From NCBI GenBank assembly GCA_035701845.1, contig DASSRJ010000170.1, positions 9,175 to 73,174 of the forward strand: a stretch of 64,000 bases of DNA. The letters run 5' to 3'. A program made the translations under genes and the position numbers. The stretch's first letter is position 1. Every line of letters begins with the position of its first letter. This document shows positions 48,096 to 57,786 of the stretch, piece after piece. Source of the stretch: Pseudolabrys sp. Lineage in GTDB: Bacteria; Pseudomonadota; Alphaproteobacteria; Rhizobiales; Xanthobacteraceae. Below the pieces are notes generated by a model. It made no database searches. It was not told the DNA's origin and saw only the letters and a program-made list of their open reading frames with translations.

Positions 48096-49039
48096 GGATT
48101 CCTCCCCGCCTTGAAGGCGGCGACATCCTCAGGATTTCCGATTGCAACCGTCGTGGCACCGGCGGCAAGACGCTTGATCAGCCCGCTCAATACTTTCCCG
48201 GCGCCGACCTCGTAGAAACTTGAAACGCCCGCACCTGCCATGAACACAACGGATTCGCGCCAGCGAACCGTTCCGGTTACCTGCGCGACGAGAGCACGCA
48301 TGATTTCGCCGGGGTCGCGGATGGGCTTCGCCTGCACATTGGCGACCACGGGGATACCGGGTGTCTTGATTGTCGTTTTGGCGAGCGCCTCGGCCATCAC
48401 ATCGGCGGCTGGTTGCATCAACGCGCAATGGAAAGGTGCGGACACCGGCAACAGCATCGCACGCTTTGCACCTTTTGCTTTTGCGATTTCGACCGCCCGT
48501 TCGACGGCTGCCTTGTTTCCCGAAACAACCACCTGGCCCGCGCCGTTGTCGTTCGCCGCCTGGCAGACCTCGCCCTGGCGGGCTTCGGCCGCAACCGCGG
48601 CGGCGGCGTCGAACTCGAGCCCGATAAGCGCCGCCATCGCGCCGACGCCGACGGGAACCGCCTTCTGCATGGCCTGGCCCCGTGTCCGCAGGAGACGCGC
48701 GGCATCAGCCACGCTGAAGGCGCCGGCCGCGGCCAGTGCTGAATATTCACCAAGCGAATGACCGGCTACAAACTGCACGTCGCGCGCAAGATCCAGCCCC
48801 GCTTCGGCTTCGAGGACGCGCTGCACGGCAAGTGACACAGCCATAAGGGCGGGTTGGGCGTTTTCCGTGAGCGTCAGCGTATCGGCTGGGCCTTCGAAAA
48901 TGATGGTGCTGAGCCTGCTTCCAAGCGCGGCGTCAACTTCGTCGAAGATCTGGCGCGCCGGACTGAAATTTGCCGCAAGGGCTTTGCCCATCCCGACGGC
49001 CTGGCTGCCTTGCCCGGGAAATACGAAAGCGGTTGCCAT
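48092..49039 (-). CDS. fabD: Malonyl-CoA:ACP transacylase
   Basis: FPGQGSQ, GHSLGEY and VSAPFH. Confidence 0.97.
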   Translation of the reverse strand: MATAFVFPGQGSQAVGMGKALAANFSPARQIFDEVDAALGSRLSTIIFEGPADTLTLTENAQPALMAVSLAVQRVLEAEAGLDLARDVQFVAGHSLGEYSALAAAGAFSVADAARLLRTRGQAMQKAVPVGVGAMAALIGLEFDAAAAVAAEARQGEVCQAANDNGAGQVVVSGNKAAVERAVEIAKAKGAKRAMLLPVSAPFHCALMQPAADVMAEALAKTTIKTPGIPVVANVQAKPIRDPGEIMRALVAQVTGTVRWRESVVFMAGAGVSSFYEVGAGKVLSGLIKRLAAGATTVAIGNPEDVAAFKAGRNP

Positions 49040-49120
49040 GATTGTCCATATTCAAATTTGTCGCAGAAATCGCGCCGAAAGACACCGCACAGGCGGTCCT
49101 GTCAAGCGCCGGGAAGCTGT

Positions 49121-49160
49121 CAAAAGCAAAAGGCCTCGCTGTCAACGAGGCCTTTGTTGC
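49121..49160 (-). terminator. Rho-independent terminator of the omp gene
   Basis: AAAGGCCTCG/CGAGGCCTTT stem followed by TTTTGCTTTTG on the minus strand. Confidence 0.8.
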
Positions 49161-49168
49161 GATTGTGC

Positions 49169-49981
49169 TTAGTTGAATTTGTAGTTCACGCCGACCCGCA
49201 CGATGTTGTCGGTGATTTTTGAGCTGAACTGAGCGCGTATCGGGATAAAATTCGTTGTGAGAAGTCCCGTCGTGTCGACCGTACCGAGATCCATGTACAG
49301 ATATTCGATCTTGCCGGTCCAATTGCCGGTGATCCGTCCTTCGATGCCGCCGCCAACTGTCCAGCCGGTCTTGGTCTTGTCGCTGCTGAAGGCCGAAGAC
49401 GTCGGGACGCCGCCACCGGTAAAGCCGGTCAGTACTCCATCGGTTTCGATATGCCCATAGGCGAGCCCACCCGTTACATAGGCGAGAATTGTGGGCGTCA
49501 CGGTATAGCCCGCACGGGCGCGTAGGGTGCCAAACCAGTCCAGCTTTTGATTGAAAGTGATAACCGAGACCGGTGCGTTCACGGCCGCTATTGCGGTCAG
49601 GCCAAAGTTACAAACCGTGCCTGGACACAGAAAAGCGGTATCGCCTTTCTGCCCTGAAGCCTGAATATCGGCTTCGACGCCGAGAACGACGTTGCTCCAC
49701 TGCCAATTATATCCAATCTGTCCGCCGCCGATCACGCCATTGAGATGGAAGCTTTGGTTGGCCGCCAAAAGTAAGGCGCCGGTGGTATTGTTAAAAAAGG
49801 CGGCATCGGTATCCGAATTGCCCCAGCTGTATCCGATATTGAGACCGGCGTAGAAACCGGACCAATTCCACGGCGCAACGATTGGCGCCGGCGGGGCCTT
49901 CATCGGCATGTCCGCAGCATTCGCGGACCCCATAGTTAAAGCGCCGAATACGGCTGCGCTCGCAGCAACAAGCGTTTTCAT
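49169..49981 (-). CDS. Omp25/RopB-family outer membrane beta-barrel protein
   Basis: Signal ending ANA-AD, WSGFYAG, GGQIGYNWQ, GWTVGGG, KIEYLY and terminal YKF(N). Confidence 0.92.
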   Translation of the reverse strand: MKTLVAASAAVFGALTMGSANAADMPMKAPPAPIVAPWNWSGFYAGLNIGYSWGNSDTDAAFFNNTTGALLLAANQSFHLNGVIGGGQIGYNWQWSNVVLGVEADIQASGQKGDTAFLCPGTVCNFGLTAIAAVNAPVSVITFNQKLDWFGTLRARAGYTVTPTILAYVTGGLAYGHIETDGVLTGFTGGGVPTSSAFSSDKTKTGWTVGGGIEGRITGNWTGKIEYLYMDLGTVDTTGLLTTNFIPIRAQFSSKITDNIVRVGVNYKFN

Positions 49982-50116
49982 GAATGCCCCCAAACTGCAG
50001 TCGGCTGAAGCCGATAAACTGCATTGTATATAGCGACTGCCGGATATGGCCAGTTTCAATTGCGTGACTGTGCAAGGTTTTCTCAAGGCCCCCGAGGCCT
50101 GGAACCGCCATTTGCC

Positions 50117-50144
50117 TTGCGTTTTTGCCAAAACCGCCTATAAA
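50117..50144 (+). promoter_or_regulatory. rpsF operon promoter
   Basis: TTGCGT-N16-TATAAA. Confidence 0.6.
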
Positions 50145-50249
50145 CCGCGCGCTCCGTCGATCCTGGTTGGGAGCTGAACGGACGGCCGGTTGGGTCTTTG
50201 ATTAGCCGGTAGGGCCACTTGGTCCGGCGTCCCGTGTTTCCGCCTTCAG

Positions 50250-50337
50250 AGCATTCGAGCCTTTCCCCGAAGGGCTCGAGGGGCTTGGCGCCGGGATCGA
50301 GGACCGAGGACTTGAAAAGAAGGGAAAGGCATTCATG
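50250..50337 (+). promoter_or_regulatory. Putative S6:S18 autoregulatory leader
   Basis: GCCTTTCCC (50259-50267) is complementary to the SD region GGGAAAGGC (50322-50330), and its 3' end runs into CCG. Confidence 0.55.
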
Positions 50338-50772
50338 CCGTTGTACGAACACGTCTACCTTGCGCGCCAGGACCTGAGCGCGCAGCAGGTCGAGGAATTG
50401 ACCACCCAACTGTCCGGCGTCATCGGGCAAATGGGCGGCAAAGTCACGAAAAGCGAATATTGGGGCCTGAAGTCCCTCACCTACCGCATCCGCAAGAATC
50501 GCAAAGCGCATATGACCTTGCTCAATGTTGATGCGCCGCCCGCCGCGCTCAACGAAATTGAGCGCCAGGAACGTCTCCACGAAGATGTGCTTCGCTATCT
50601 TTCGATCCGCGTCGATGCACTCGAGGACGGCCCTTCCGCAATGATGCGCAAATCCGACCGCGATCGCGATGAGCGCGGAGACCGTGGCGACCGCGGTGGG
50701 CGCGGCGAACGCCGGCGTCGTGACGAAGGCGACGATGTGGAAAGTCCTGACGCCAACGGAGGAGAGGAATAG
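50335..50772 (+). CDS. rpsF: 30S ribosomal protein S6
   Basis: [13 protein letters not shown] and [12 protein letters not shown]; Asp/Arg-rich tail. Confidence 0.98.
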   Translation: MPLYEHVYLARQDLSAQQVEELTTQLSGVIGQMGGKVTKSEYWGLKSLTYRIRKNRKAHMTLLNVDAPPAALNEIERQERLHEDVLRYLSIRVDALEDGPSAMMRKSDRDRDERGDRGDRGGRGERRRRDEGDDVESPDANGGEE

Positions 50773-50775
50773 ACC

Positions 50776-51024
50776 ATGGCATTCGCGCCACAGGGCGGCG
50801 CGCGCCGTCCCTTCTTTCGCCGCCGCAAGACTTGTCCATTCTCGGGCGCTAATGCACCGAAGATTGACTACAAGGACGTGAAGCTGCTGCAACGGTATGT
50901 TTCGGAGCGCGGCAAGATCGTTCCAAGTCGCATCACGGCAGTTTCGGCCAAGAAACAGCGCGAGCTGGCGCAGGCCATCAAGCGCGCGCGCTTTCTCGGC
51001 TTGCTGCCGTATGTGATACAATAA
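50776..51024 (+). CDS. rpsR: 30S ribosomal protein S18
   Basis: [21 protein letters not shown] and KRAR. Confidence 0.98.
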   Translation: MAFAPQGGARRPFFRRRKTCPFSGANAPKIDYKDVKLLQRYVSERGKIVPSRITAVSAKKQRELAQAIKRARFLGLLPYVIQ

Positions 51025-51113
51025 GCGCAGACGAGGCATCCGGGACACCCGGACGCCGATGGTTGGGGCGGAAAACTCCGTCTCTAACCGCTCGATGAGG
51101 AGCGGGACAGCTC

Positions 51114-52082
51114 GTGATGATGCAGATCGCAATTGTTGGGATTGGCGCAGGCGCCGCGGCAGCCCTGTTGTTTGCCTCGGTGACGTCCGGATCGTGGCTG
51201 TCGATCCCGCTGTTTTATCTTGCACCGCTGCCAATCATGATCGCAGGCCTTGGCTGGAGCCACTGGGCCGCGATGACTGCGGCACTTGCGGGCGCGCTTG
51301 GCCTGGGTGCGGTTTTTGGCACCGTCTTCCTGCTGGCGTTTCTGGCCGGAGCCGGTTTCCCCGCGTGGTGGCTCGGCTATCTCACGATGCTTGCCCGCCC
51401 GGTCGCCGCCGGCAACAGCACCGGTCACGGTGCCGCTTCGTTTGAGTGGTACCCGCCCGGCAGACTGGTCGTATGGGCAGCGGCATTGGGCATTCTTGTC
51501 GTGATTGTCGCCATTCCCAATTTCGGGATCGATGCAGACAGCTTCCATGCCAGTCTGCGCGATGCGCTCAACGCCGTGCTGCGCACCAACGGCACATCCG
51601 GCAAGGCTGCGAGCAGTCCCGAGCGACTGATTGACTTTCTGGTCAATGCGATCCCGCCGGCAGCCGCCGTGCTCGCGACTATCACCAACTTGCTGAACCT
51701 GTGGCTTGCGGCGCGCGTCGTGAAATTTTCCGGCCGTTTGGCACGTCCCTGGCCGCAGCTTTCGTCAATGAGCTTTCCGCCGTTGATGACCGCAGCGCTC
51801 GCCGTTGCGATCGCGCTGAGCTTTCTGGACGGCATGCTCGGCATTGTCGGCGGCATCGTCGCGGCAAGTTTGCTCTTGGCCTATGGCGTACTCGGATTCG
51901 CGGTGCTTCACGCCATCACACAAGGAACGAGTGCACGCCCGTTCGTGCTCAGCATCACCTATGCCGGTGTACTTCTGCTCGGCTGGCCGATGCTTGCCCT
52001 CTGCCTGCTCGGACTGGTCGATACGGCGATCGGATTGCGGGGTCGGGTATCGGCCAAACGTGGTCCACCTGCCCGTTCTTGA
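51114..52082 (+). CDS. DUF2232 (YybS-like) membrane protein
   Basis: Multi-[15 protein letters not shown] and WYPPGRL; usual position between rpsR and rplI. Confidence 0.85.
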   Translation: MMMQIAIVGIGAGAAAALLFASVTSGSWLSIPLFYLAPLPIMIAGLGWSHWAAMTAALAGALGLGAVFGTVFLLAFLAGAGFPAWWLGYLTMLARPVAAGNSTGHGAASFEWYPPGRLVVWAAALGILVVIVAIPNFGIDADSFHASLRDALNAVLRTNGTSGKAASSPERLIDFLVNAIPPAAAVLATITNLLNLWLAARVVKFSGRLARPWPQLSSMSFPPLMTAALAVAIALSFLDGMLGIVGGIVAASLLLAYGVLGFAVLHAITQGTSARPFVLSITYAGVLLLGWPMLALCLLGLVDTAIGLRGRVSAKRGPPARS

Positions 52083-52125
52083 ACATGAGACAGCCAACCA
52101 AAAATCGAATCGAGGAGTAACAGCT

Positions 52126-52803
52126 ATGGAAGTGATCCTGCTCGAGCGCATCGGCAAACTCGGCCAAATGGGTGATGTCGTTCGCGTGAAAGACGGTTTC
52201 GCTCGCAATTTCCTGTTGCCGCGCGGCAAAGCGCTTCGCGCAACCGCGGACAACAAGAAACGGTTCGAGGACATGAAGGCCGAATTGCAGGCCAGGAGCC
52301 TTGAGCTCAAAGGCGAGGCCGGCGTGCTTGCCGGCAAGCTCGACGGCAAGACCTACGTTGTCCTCCGCCAGGCAAGCGAGAGCGGCCAATTGTTCGGCTC
52401 AGTTTCCACGCGTGACATCGCAGGCCTGATCAAGACCGATGGTGCCGAAGTTGGCCGTTCTCAAATCGTGCTCAATGCACCGATCAAGACGATCGGACAA
52501 TACAAGGTGCCGCTGGCGCTTCATCCGGATGTCGAAGTGTCAATCACCGTCACGGTCGCACGCAGCGCCGATGAAGCGCAGCGCATTGCGCGCGGCGAGG
52601 ATGTGACCGTACGGCGGACGGAGGCCGAAGAAGATGCGGCCGCTGCTGCCGCCGCAGCGGAAACAATGTTCGACCCGGAAGCGAAGACGCGGCGCGATGA
52701 ACCCGGTGCCGAGGCTGCTGCGCCGGACGTGAAAAGCCCGGATACGCCGGCGAAACCGGCCAAGGCCGCCAGGGCAAAGAAGAAAACCGACGAAGAGGCC
52801 TGA
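52126..52803 (+). CDS. rplI: 50S ribosomal protein L9
   Basis: [22 protein letters not shown] and LFGSV; GAGGAG SD; long acidic/Ala/Lys tail. Confidence 0.98.
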   Translation: MEVILLERIGKLGQMGDVVRVKDGFARNFLLPRGKALRATADNKKRFEDMKAELQARSLELKGEAGVLAGKLDGKTYVVLRQASESGQLFGSVSTRDIAGLIKTDGAEVGRSQIVLNAPIKTIGQYKVPLALHPDVEVSITVTVARSADEAQRIARGEDVTVRRTEAEEDAAAAAAAAETMFDPEAKTRRDEPGAEAAAPDVKSPDTPAKPAKAARAKKKTDEEA

Positions 52804-52806
52804 CGC

Positions 52807-53316
52807 CTATTCTGGTTTTTTCCGGCCCTCGGCCGGTTTGGCGCCACCGGCCGCGGGCGAATTTATCTTGGTGTCACTCGTCTTCGGCTCTGGCGCCAAT
52901 ATACCCGGCGGCCTCAGTTCCTCGCTCGCGGTATCCGGCTTCTTCTCGGCGCCCTTCCCTTCCCCGGATTTGGCCGCCGGCTTCTTCTTTGCCTCAGGCC
53001 TGGCCTCGCCTTTGGTCGCCCGCTTGGTTGCCCGCCCCGGACCGGAGGGCCCACCCTCCATCGATTTGAGGTAGTTCGCGATGACCGCCGCAGATTCCCG
53101 GCTGGCCGTGTAATGCTCGCGCAGAAAGCCGTCGAGACCAAAAAGGCCGCCCGACTTTGCGAGTCCCTGCGGTGACTTGTGGCACGGCGAGCAGTCCGAC
53201 GCGAACAGCTGGGCGGGCGTCTTTCCTCGATCGAGGCTTTCCTGGCTGGCCGCCGGACCTGCCAAAATTACAGTTACAAGGCCGATTATTGGCCATCGCA
53301 ATGATCCGCTGATCAT
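52807..53316 (-). CDS. Exported single-CxxCH c-type cytochrome-like protein with low-complexity tail
   Basis: GGAGG SD; signal peptide ending AAS; LFASDCSPCH; Lys/Pro/Ala/Gly-rich C-terminal half. Confidence 0.75.
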   Translation of the reverse strand: MISGSLRWPIIGLVTVILAGPAASQESLDRGKTPAQLFASDCSPCHKSPQGLAKSGGLFGLDGFLREHYTASRESAAVIANYLKSMEGGPSGPGRATKRATKGEARPEAKKKPAAKSGEGKGAEKKPDTASEELRPPGILAPEPKTSDTKINSPAAGGAKPAEGRKKPE

Positions 53317-53430
53317 CAAACCTCCTGCTTCGCCCACCCGTGCGAAAGACCCTTGATAGCGCATTCTTGCGGGATTGTGACCTGTGGTGGCTTTGGAGCC
53401 TCATTGCATTTGCAGGATTGCTGCTGCCGC

Positions 53431-53458
53431 GGAACTTTGATTAATTATCGCGGTCCGA
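53431..53458 (+). promoter_or_regulatory. Possible ECF-sigma promoter upstream of cfa
   Basis: GGAACTT-N16-TCCGA. Confidence 0.35.
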
Positions 53459-53538
53459 ACATTTATAGCTTCGCTGCGTTGAGCCTTTTGGGGCGGATGT
53501 AGACAGCAGCGCGCGGATTTGGGTGATGGAGGCGGCCG

Positions 53539-54789
53539 ATGGACCGGTTGCTTCAGTTTTTGCTTGGTCAATTTGTCCGGCGAGGGACATTCAAAGTCAC
53601 AACCTCGCGGGGCCGGACATTTACATGCGGCGACGGCACCGGAAGCCCGGTCGCGGTACGATTTACGACCCGGGCCGCCGAGCTCGGCACATTGCTCGAT
53701 CCCGAGCTCAAATTCGGCGAAGCGTATATGGACGGCACATTGGTCGTGGAGCAAGGCACGATTGCCGATGTGCTGGCGATCGCACTTGGACAACAGACGG
53801 AGCTGCCCAACTGGGCGCGGCCACAGTGGCTGCTGCGGTACATCGGGCGCCGCCTCGCCCAATTTAATCCTCGCAGACGGGCGCGCCGCAACGTCGCCCA
53901 TCACTACGACCTCGACGGTCGTCTTTATTCACTCTTTTTGGACGCCGACAGGCAATACAGCTGCGGCTACTTCGAAACGCCGGACACATCGCTCGACGAC
54001 GCGCAGCTTGCGAAAAAGCGTCATCTTGCCGCAAAGCTGAGACTGACCGGAGGGCAACGCGTTCTGGACATCGGCTGCGGCTGGGGTGGGCTTGGTCTTT
54101 ACCTGGCGGAATTTGGCGGCGCGAACGTCACCGGAATCACCCTGTCGCGAGAGCAGCACGCGATCGCAAACGAGCGCGCGGCCGAGAAGCATTTAAGCGA
54201 GCGCGCCAGTTTCCTTTTGCAGGACTACCGTGATGTGCGAGGGCCGTTCGACCGCATCGTTTCGGTCGGCATGTTCGAGCACGTTGGCGTCGGCTACTAC
54301 GATACGTTCTTCAAGAAATGCGCAACGCTGCTCGCCGACGACGGCGTGATGGTCCTGCATTCCATCGGCCGCTCGGAAGGCCCGAGCGTCACCAATCCGT
54401 GGATCGCCAAATACATCTTCCCCGGTGGCTATATTCCGGCACTGTCGGAAGTTCTGCCTGTGATCGAGCACGCCGGCCTGCTGGTGACGGACATTGAAAT
54501 CCTGCGCCTGCATTACGCCGAGACGCTGAAAGCGTGGCGCGAGCGGTTTTTGGCCCACCGGGACGACGTTGAACGCATTTACGAGCCGCGGTTCGTGCGA
54601 ATGTGGGAATTTTACCTCGCAGCGGCCGAAATGTCCTTCCGCGAGCAGAATATGATGGTCACGCAGATCCAGCTGACCAAACGGCAAGGCGTCGTGCCGA
54701 TCACGCGAGACTATATTTCCCGGGAAGAGCGGCGTTTTGCCGATGCGGAAAGCAGGCGTCGGCCGCCATTGCGGCTCGCCGGCGAGTAG
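53539..54789 (+). CDS. cfa: Cyclopropane-fatty-acyl-phospholipid synthase family methyltransferase
   Basis: HHYDL, QYSCGYF, LDIGCGWGG, SVGMFEHVG, YIFPGG and RMWEFYL. Confidence 0.92.
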   Translation: MDRLLQFLLGQFVRRGTFKVTTSRGRTFTCGDGTGSPVAVRFTTRAAELGTLLDPELKFGEAYMDGTLVVEQGTIADVLAIALGQQTELPNWARPQWLLRYIGRRLAQFNPRRRARRNVAHHYDLDGRLYSLFLDADRQYSCGYFETPDTSLDDAQLAKKRHLAAKLRLTGGQRVLDIGCGWGGLGLYLAEFGGANVTGITLSREQHAIANERAAEKHLSERASFLLQDYRDVRGPFDRIVSVGMFEHVGVGYYDTFFKKCATLLADDGVMVLHSIGRSEGPSVTNPWIAKYIFPGGYIPALSEVLPVIEHAGLLVTDIEILRLHYAETLKAWRERFLAHRDDVERIYEPRFVRMWEFYLAAAEMSFREQNMMVTQIQLTKRQGVVPITRDYISREERRFADAESRRRPPLRLAGE

Positions 54790-54951
54790 ATCACGGGCCG
54801 CTCAACCCCCGTCGCCGGCCTGCGGTCAAGAAAAAACCGGTCTTTCCCACCGCTCGATGCAGCTTGTGAATTGCGGGACAACTGCAGCCCCGGCACGTTG
54901 CCGTCACAGAACGCGTGCTATGCCACAATTTCCGGGTAAGCACCGACGTCC

Positions 54952-56451
54952 ATGGCACTCGCTGATTCGACAGCCCGCAAGCAGGCCGAAGAACCTGCCC
55001 TGCTCTACCGTTCCGCTCCCCATAATATCGAGGCGGAGCAGGCATTGTTGGGCGCTATCCTGGTCAACAACGAAGCTTTTTACCGCGTTTCGGATTTTCT
55101 CGAACCGGTGCATTTTTTCGAGCCAATCCATCAGAAAGTCTATCAGCTCGCGCGTGATTTGATCCGGGCCGGAAAGCTCGCGACGCCGGTGACGCTCAAA
55201 ACGTTCCTTGATGCAAGTATCGATATCGGGGGCCTCACCGTCAGCCAATATCTTGCCCGGCTTGCGGCTGAAGCAACGACAATCATCAACGCCGAAGACT
55301 ACGGCCACACCGTCTATGATCTCTCGATACGCCGCGCGCTGATTCAGGTTGGCGAGGACATGGTGAATGTGGCGTACGACGCGCCGGTCGACTTTTCGCC
55401 ACGCAACCAGATCGAGGATGCCGAGCGGCGACTCTACGAACTGGCGGAGACCGGCCGCTATGACGGCGGTTTCCAGCGCTTCGCGCAGGCGCTTACGACC
55501 GCGATCGACATGGCCGCGCACGCCTTCCAGCGCGACGGAAAGCTATCGGGCGTCGCCACGGGGCTGGATGATCTCGATCGCATGATGGGCGGGTTGCAGC
55601 AGTCCGACCTGATTATCCTCGCCGGCCGGCCGGGTATGGGTAAAACGGCGCTTGCAACAAACATCGGATACAACATCGCAAAGGCCTGGCGCGGCGAGGT
55701 GAAGCCCGACGGTCACACGGTAACCGTTAACGGCGGCATCGTCGGATTCTTCTCGCTGGAAATGTCCGCCGAGCAACTTGCTACCCGCATCATCGCCGAA
55801 CAGACCGCAATTCCATCGAACCAGATCAGGCGCGGTGGCATCACCGAAAGCGACTTCGAGAAGATCAAGGACTATTCGATCGAGTTGCAGAACATTCCGC
55901 TCTATGTCGACGAAACCGGCGGTCTCTCTGTGGCCCAACTCGCCGCCCGCGCCCGCAGGCTCAAAAGACAGCGCGGTCTCGACCTGCTGGTGATCGATTA
56001 CCTCCAACTGCTGCAAGGCTCAACCCGACGCTCGGCCGAAAATCGCGTACAGGAAATCACCGAAATCACCACCAAGCTCAAGGCCTTGGCAAAAGAATTA
56101 AATGTGCCGATTCTGGCGCTTTCGCAATTGTCGCGCCAGGTTGAAAGCCGCGATGACAAGCGGCCTCAGCTGTCGGATTTGCGTGAATCCGGGTCGATCG
56201 AACAGGATGCCGACGTGGTGCTGTTTGTCTATCGCGAAGAATACTACCACCAGATGCGTAAACCTCTGGAATCAAGCCGCGACAAGTTTGCGGAATGGCT
56301 GGCCGAGGCAGATAAAGTGCACGGCAAGGCCGAGGTCATCATCGGCAAACAGCGTCATGGGCCGACCGGAACTGTCGAGTTGCAATTCGATGCGGCAGTG
56401 ACACGGTTTTCCTCGCTCGCGCGCGACACGTATCTTCCCGAGCGCGCCTAA
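54952..56451 (+). CDS. dnaB: Replicative DNA helicase
   Basis: PHNIEAEQ, AGRPGMGKT, FSLEMS, IDYLQL and DLRESGSIEQDAD; no intein. Confidence 0.98.
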   Translation: MALADSTARKQAEEPALLYRSAPHNIEAEQALLGAILVNNEAFYRVSDFLEPVHFFEPIHQKVYQLARDLIRAGKLATPVTLKTFLDASIDIGGLTVSQYLARLAAEATTIINAEDYGHTVYDLSIRRALIQVGEDMVNVAYDAPVDFSPRNQIEDAERRLYELAETGRYDGGFQRFAQALTTAIDMAAHAFQRDGKLSGVATGLDDLDRMMGGLQQSDLIILAGRPGMGKTALATNIGYNIAKAWRGEVKPDGHTVTVNGGIVGFFSLEMSAEQLATRIIAEQTAIPSNQIRRGGITESDFEKIKDYSIELQNIPLYVDETGGLSVAQLAARARRLKRQRGLDLLVIDYLQLLQGSTRRSAENRVQEITEITTKLKALAKELNVPILALSQLSRQVESRDDKRPQLSDLRESGSIEQDADVVLFVYREEYYHQMRKPLESSRDKFAEWLAEADKVHGKAEVIIGKQRHGPTGTVELQFDAAVTRFSSLARDTYLPERA

Positions 56452-56507
56452 AGAGCCCGCCTTGCCGGCATGGACGGCCGGCGCGCGGACAGCTAAACCC
56501 AAACGCT

Positions 56508-57686
56508 ATGACCGACACCGCCCTGCAGCCTGCCTTGCCTGCGGAGTCCGCTTCCGCGGGCGCCGCCGATTCCAACCCCGCGAAGGCAAACGCAGGCGGT
56601 ATCCTGACGATCAATCTTTCAGCCATTGTCGCAAACTGGGAGCTGCTGGGCCGGCAGGCAATGCCGTCGGAGTGCGCCGCCGTCATCAAAGCCGACGGGT
56701 ATGGCTGCGGCATCGAACCGGCCGCGCGCACGCTCGCTCATGCGGGTTGCAGGACATTCTTTGTCGCGGACATCTCGGAGGCGCGGCGAGCGCGCGCCGC
56801 TGCGCCGAACGCCACCCTTTATGTGCTTAATGGCCTGTTGCCTGGAACTGCGGCAACCTTCGCCGATATCGGCGCCCAGCCGGTGATTGGTAGTCTCGTT
56901 GAACTCGCGGAGTGGGACGCATTCTGCTCGGCCAATCGGTGGCGCGGTGGCGCGGCGCTGCATGTCGACACCGGCATGAACCGCCTCGGCATTTCCGTTG
57001 AAGAAGCGGCAGCGCTGGCACCCCGCATCCGAGCCGAAAATCACGGGATCACACTGCTGATGAGTCACCTCGCTTGCGCCGAACAGCCGGCGCATCCCCT
57101 CAACCAGCGTCAGATCGAGCTCTTCCGTGAAGTCCGCCTGCTCTATCGCGGCATTGCCGGCTCGCTTGCAAATTCGTCCGGCATCTTCCTCGGCAACAGC
57201 GCGCATTGCGACCTGGTCCGCCCCGGTGCGGCCTTGTTCGGCGTCAATCCGACGCCCGGTCACCGCAACCCGATGCACCCGGTGATCGAACTGCGCGCAC
57301 GTGTTGTGCAGGTGCGGAGCGTTCCGAAGGGCGAAACGATCGGCTACAACGCGACCTGGACCGCGAAACATGCGGCGCGAATTGCCGTTGCCGCGGTCGG
57401 CTACGCTGACGGATATCCACGTGCGGCCAGCGCCTCCGACACGACGCCCGGTTCTGATGCCATTGTTGCCGGCACGCGCTGCCCACTGGCCGGGCGCGTA
57501 TCGATGGACCTGCTGGCGGTAGATGTGACGGCATTGCCCGAAAATGCGGTGCGTCGTGGCGACTTCATCACCCTTATCGGGGATCCGATCGGGGTCGATG
57601 AGCTGGCGGCGGCCGCCGGGACGATCGGCTACGAGGTGCTGGTGAGCCTAGGCCGCCGGTATCACCGCCTGTATCGCGACAACTGA
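56508..57686 (+). CDS. alr: Alanine racemase
   Basis: AVIKADGYG (PLP Lys), DTGMNRLG, IGY, VGYADG and GRVSMD. Confidence 0.96.
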   Translation: MTDTALQPALPAESASAGAADSNPAKANAGGILTINLSAIVANWELLGRQAMPSECAAVIKADGYGCGIEPAARTLAHAGCRTFFVADISEARRARAAAPNATLYVLNGLLPGTAATFADIGAQPVIGSLVELAEWDAFCSANRWRGGAALHVDTGMNRLGISVEEAAALAPRIRAENHGITLLMSHLACAEQPAHPLNQRQIELFREVRLLYRGIAGSLANSSGIFLGNSAHCDLVRPGAALFGVNPTPGHRNPMHPVIELRARVVQVRSVPKGETIGYNATWTAKHAARIAVAAVGYADGYPRAASASDTTPGSDAIVAGTRCPLAGRVSMDLLAVDVTALPENAVRRGDFITLIGDPIGVDELAAAAGTIGYEVLVSLGRRYHRLYRDN

Positions 57687-57704
57687 CGCTCAAAACCGTT
57701 GAAA

Positions 57705-57719
57705 TTAGCGTCTTCTTAA
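57705..57719. promoter_or_regulatory. CtrA-like box upstream of radA
   Basis: TTAG-N7-TTAA, one mismatch. Confidence 0.35.
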
Positions 57720-57724
57720 AAAAT

Positions 57725-57739
57725 GTTCTTGTATTGTTC
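57725..57739 (+). promoter_or_regulatory. Alphaproteobacterial LexA (SOS) box
   Basis: Exact GTTC-N7-GTTC upstream of radA. Confidence 0.75.
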
Positions 57740-57786
57740 TCATGGCCGCTTTAGCGTCCCGATCGGCCATTTTTCGGCGATTCCCT

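Noticed and set aside
50650-50772. Asp/Arg/Gly repeats in the S6 tail and the long L9 tail
   Set aside because: Such extensions are common in alphaproteobacterial S6 and L9.
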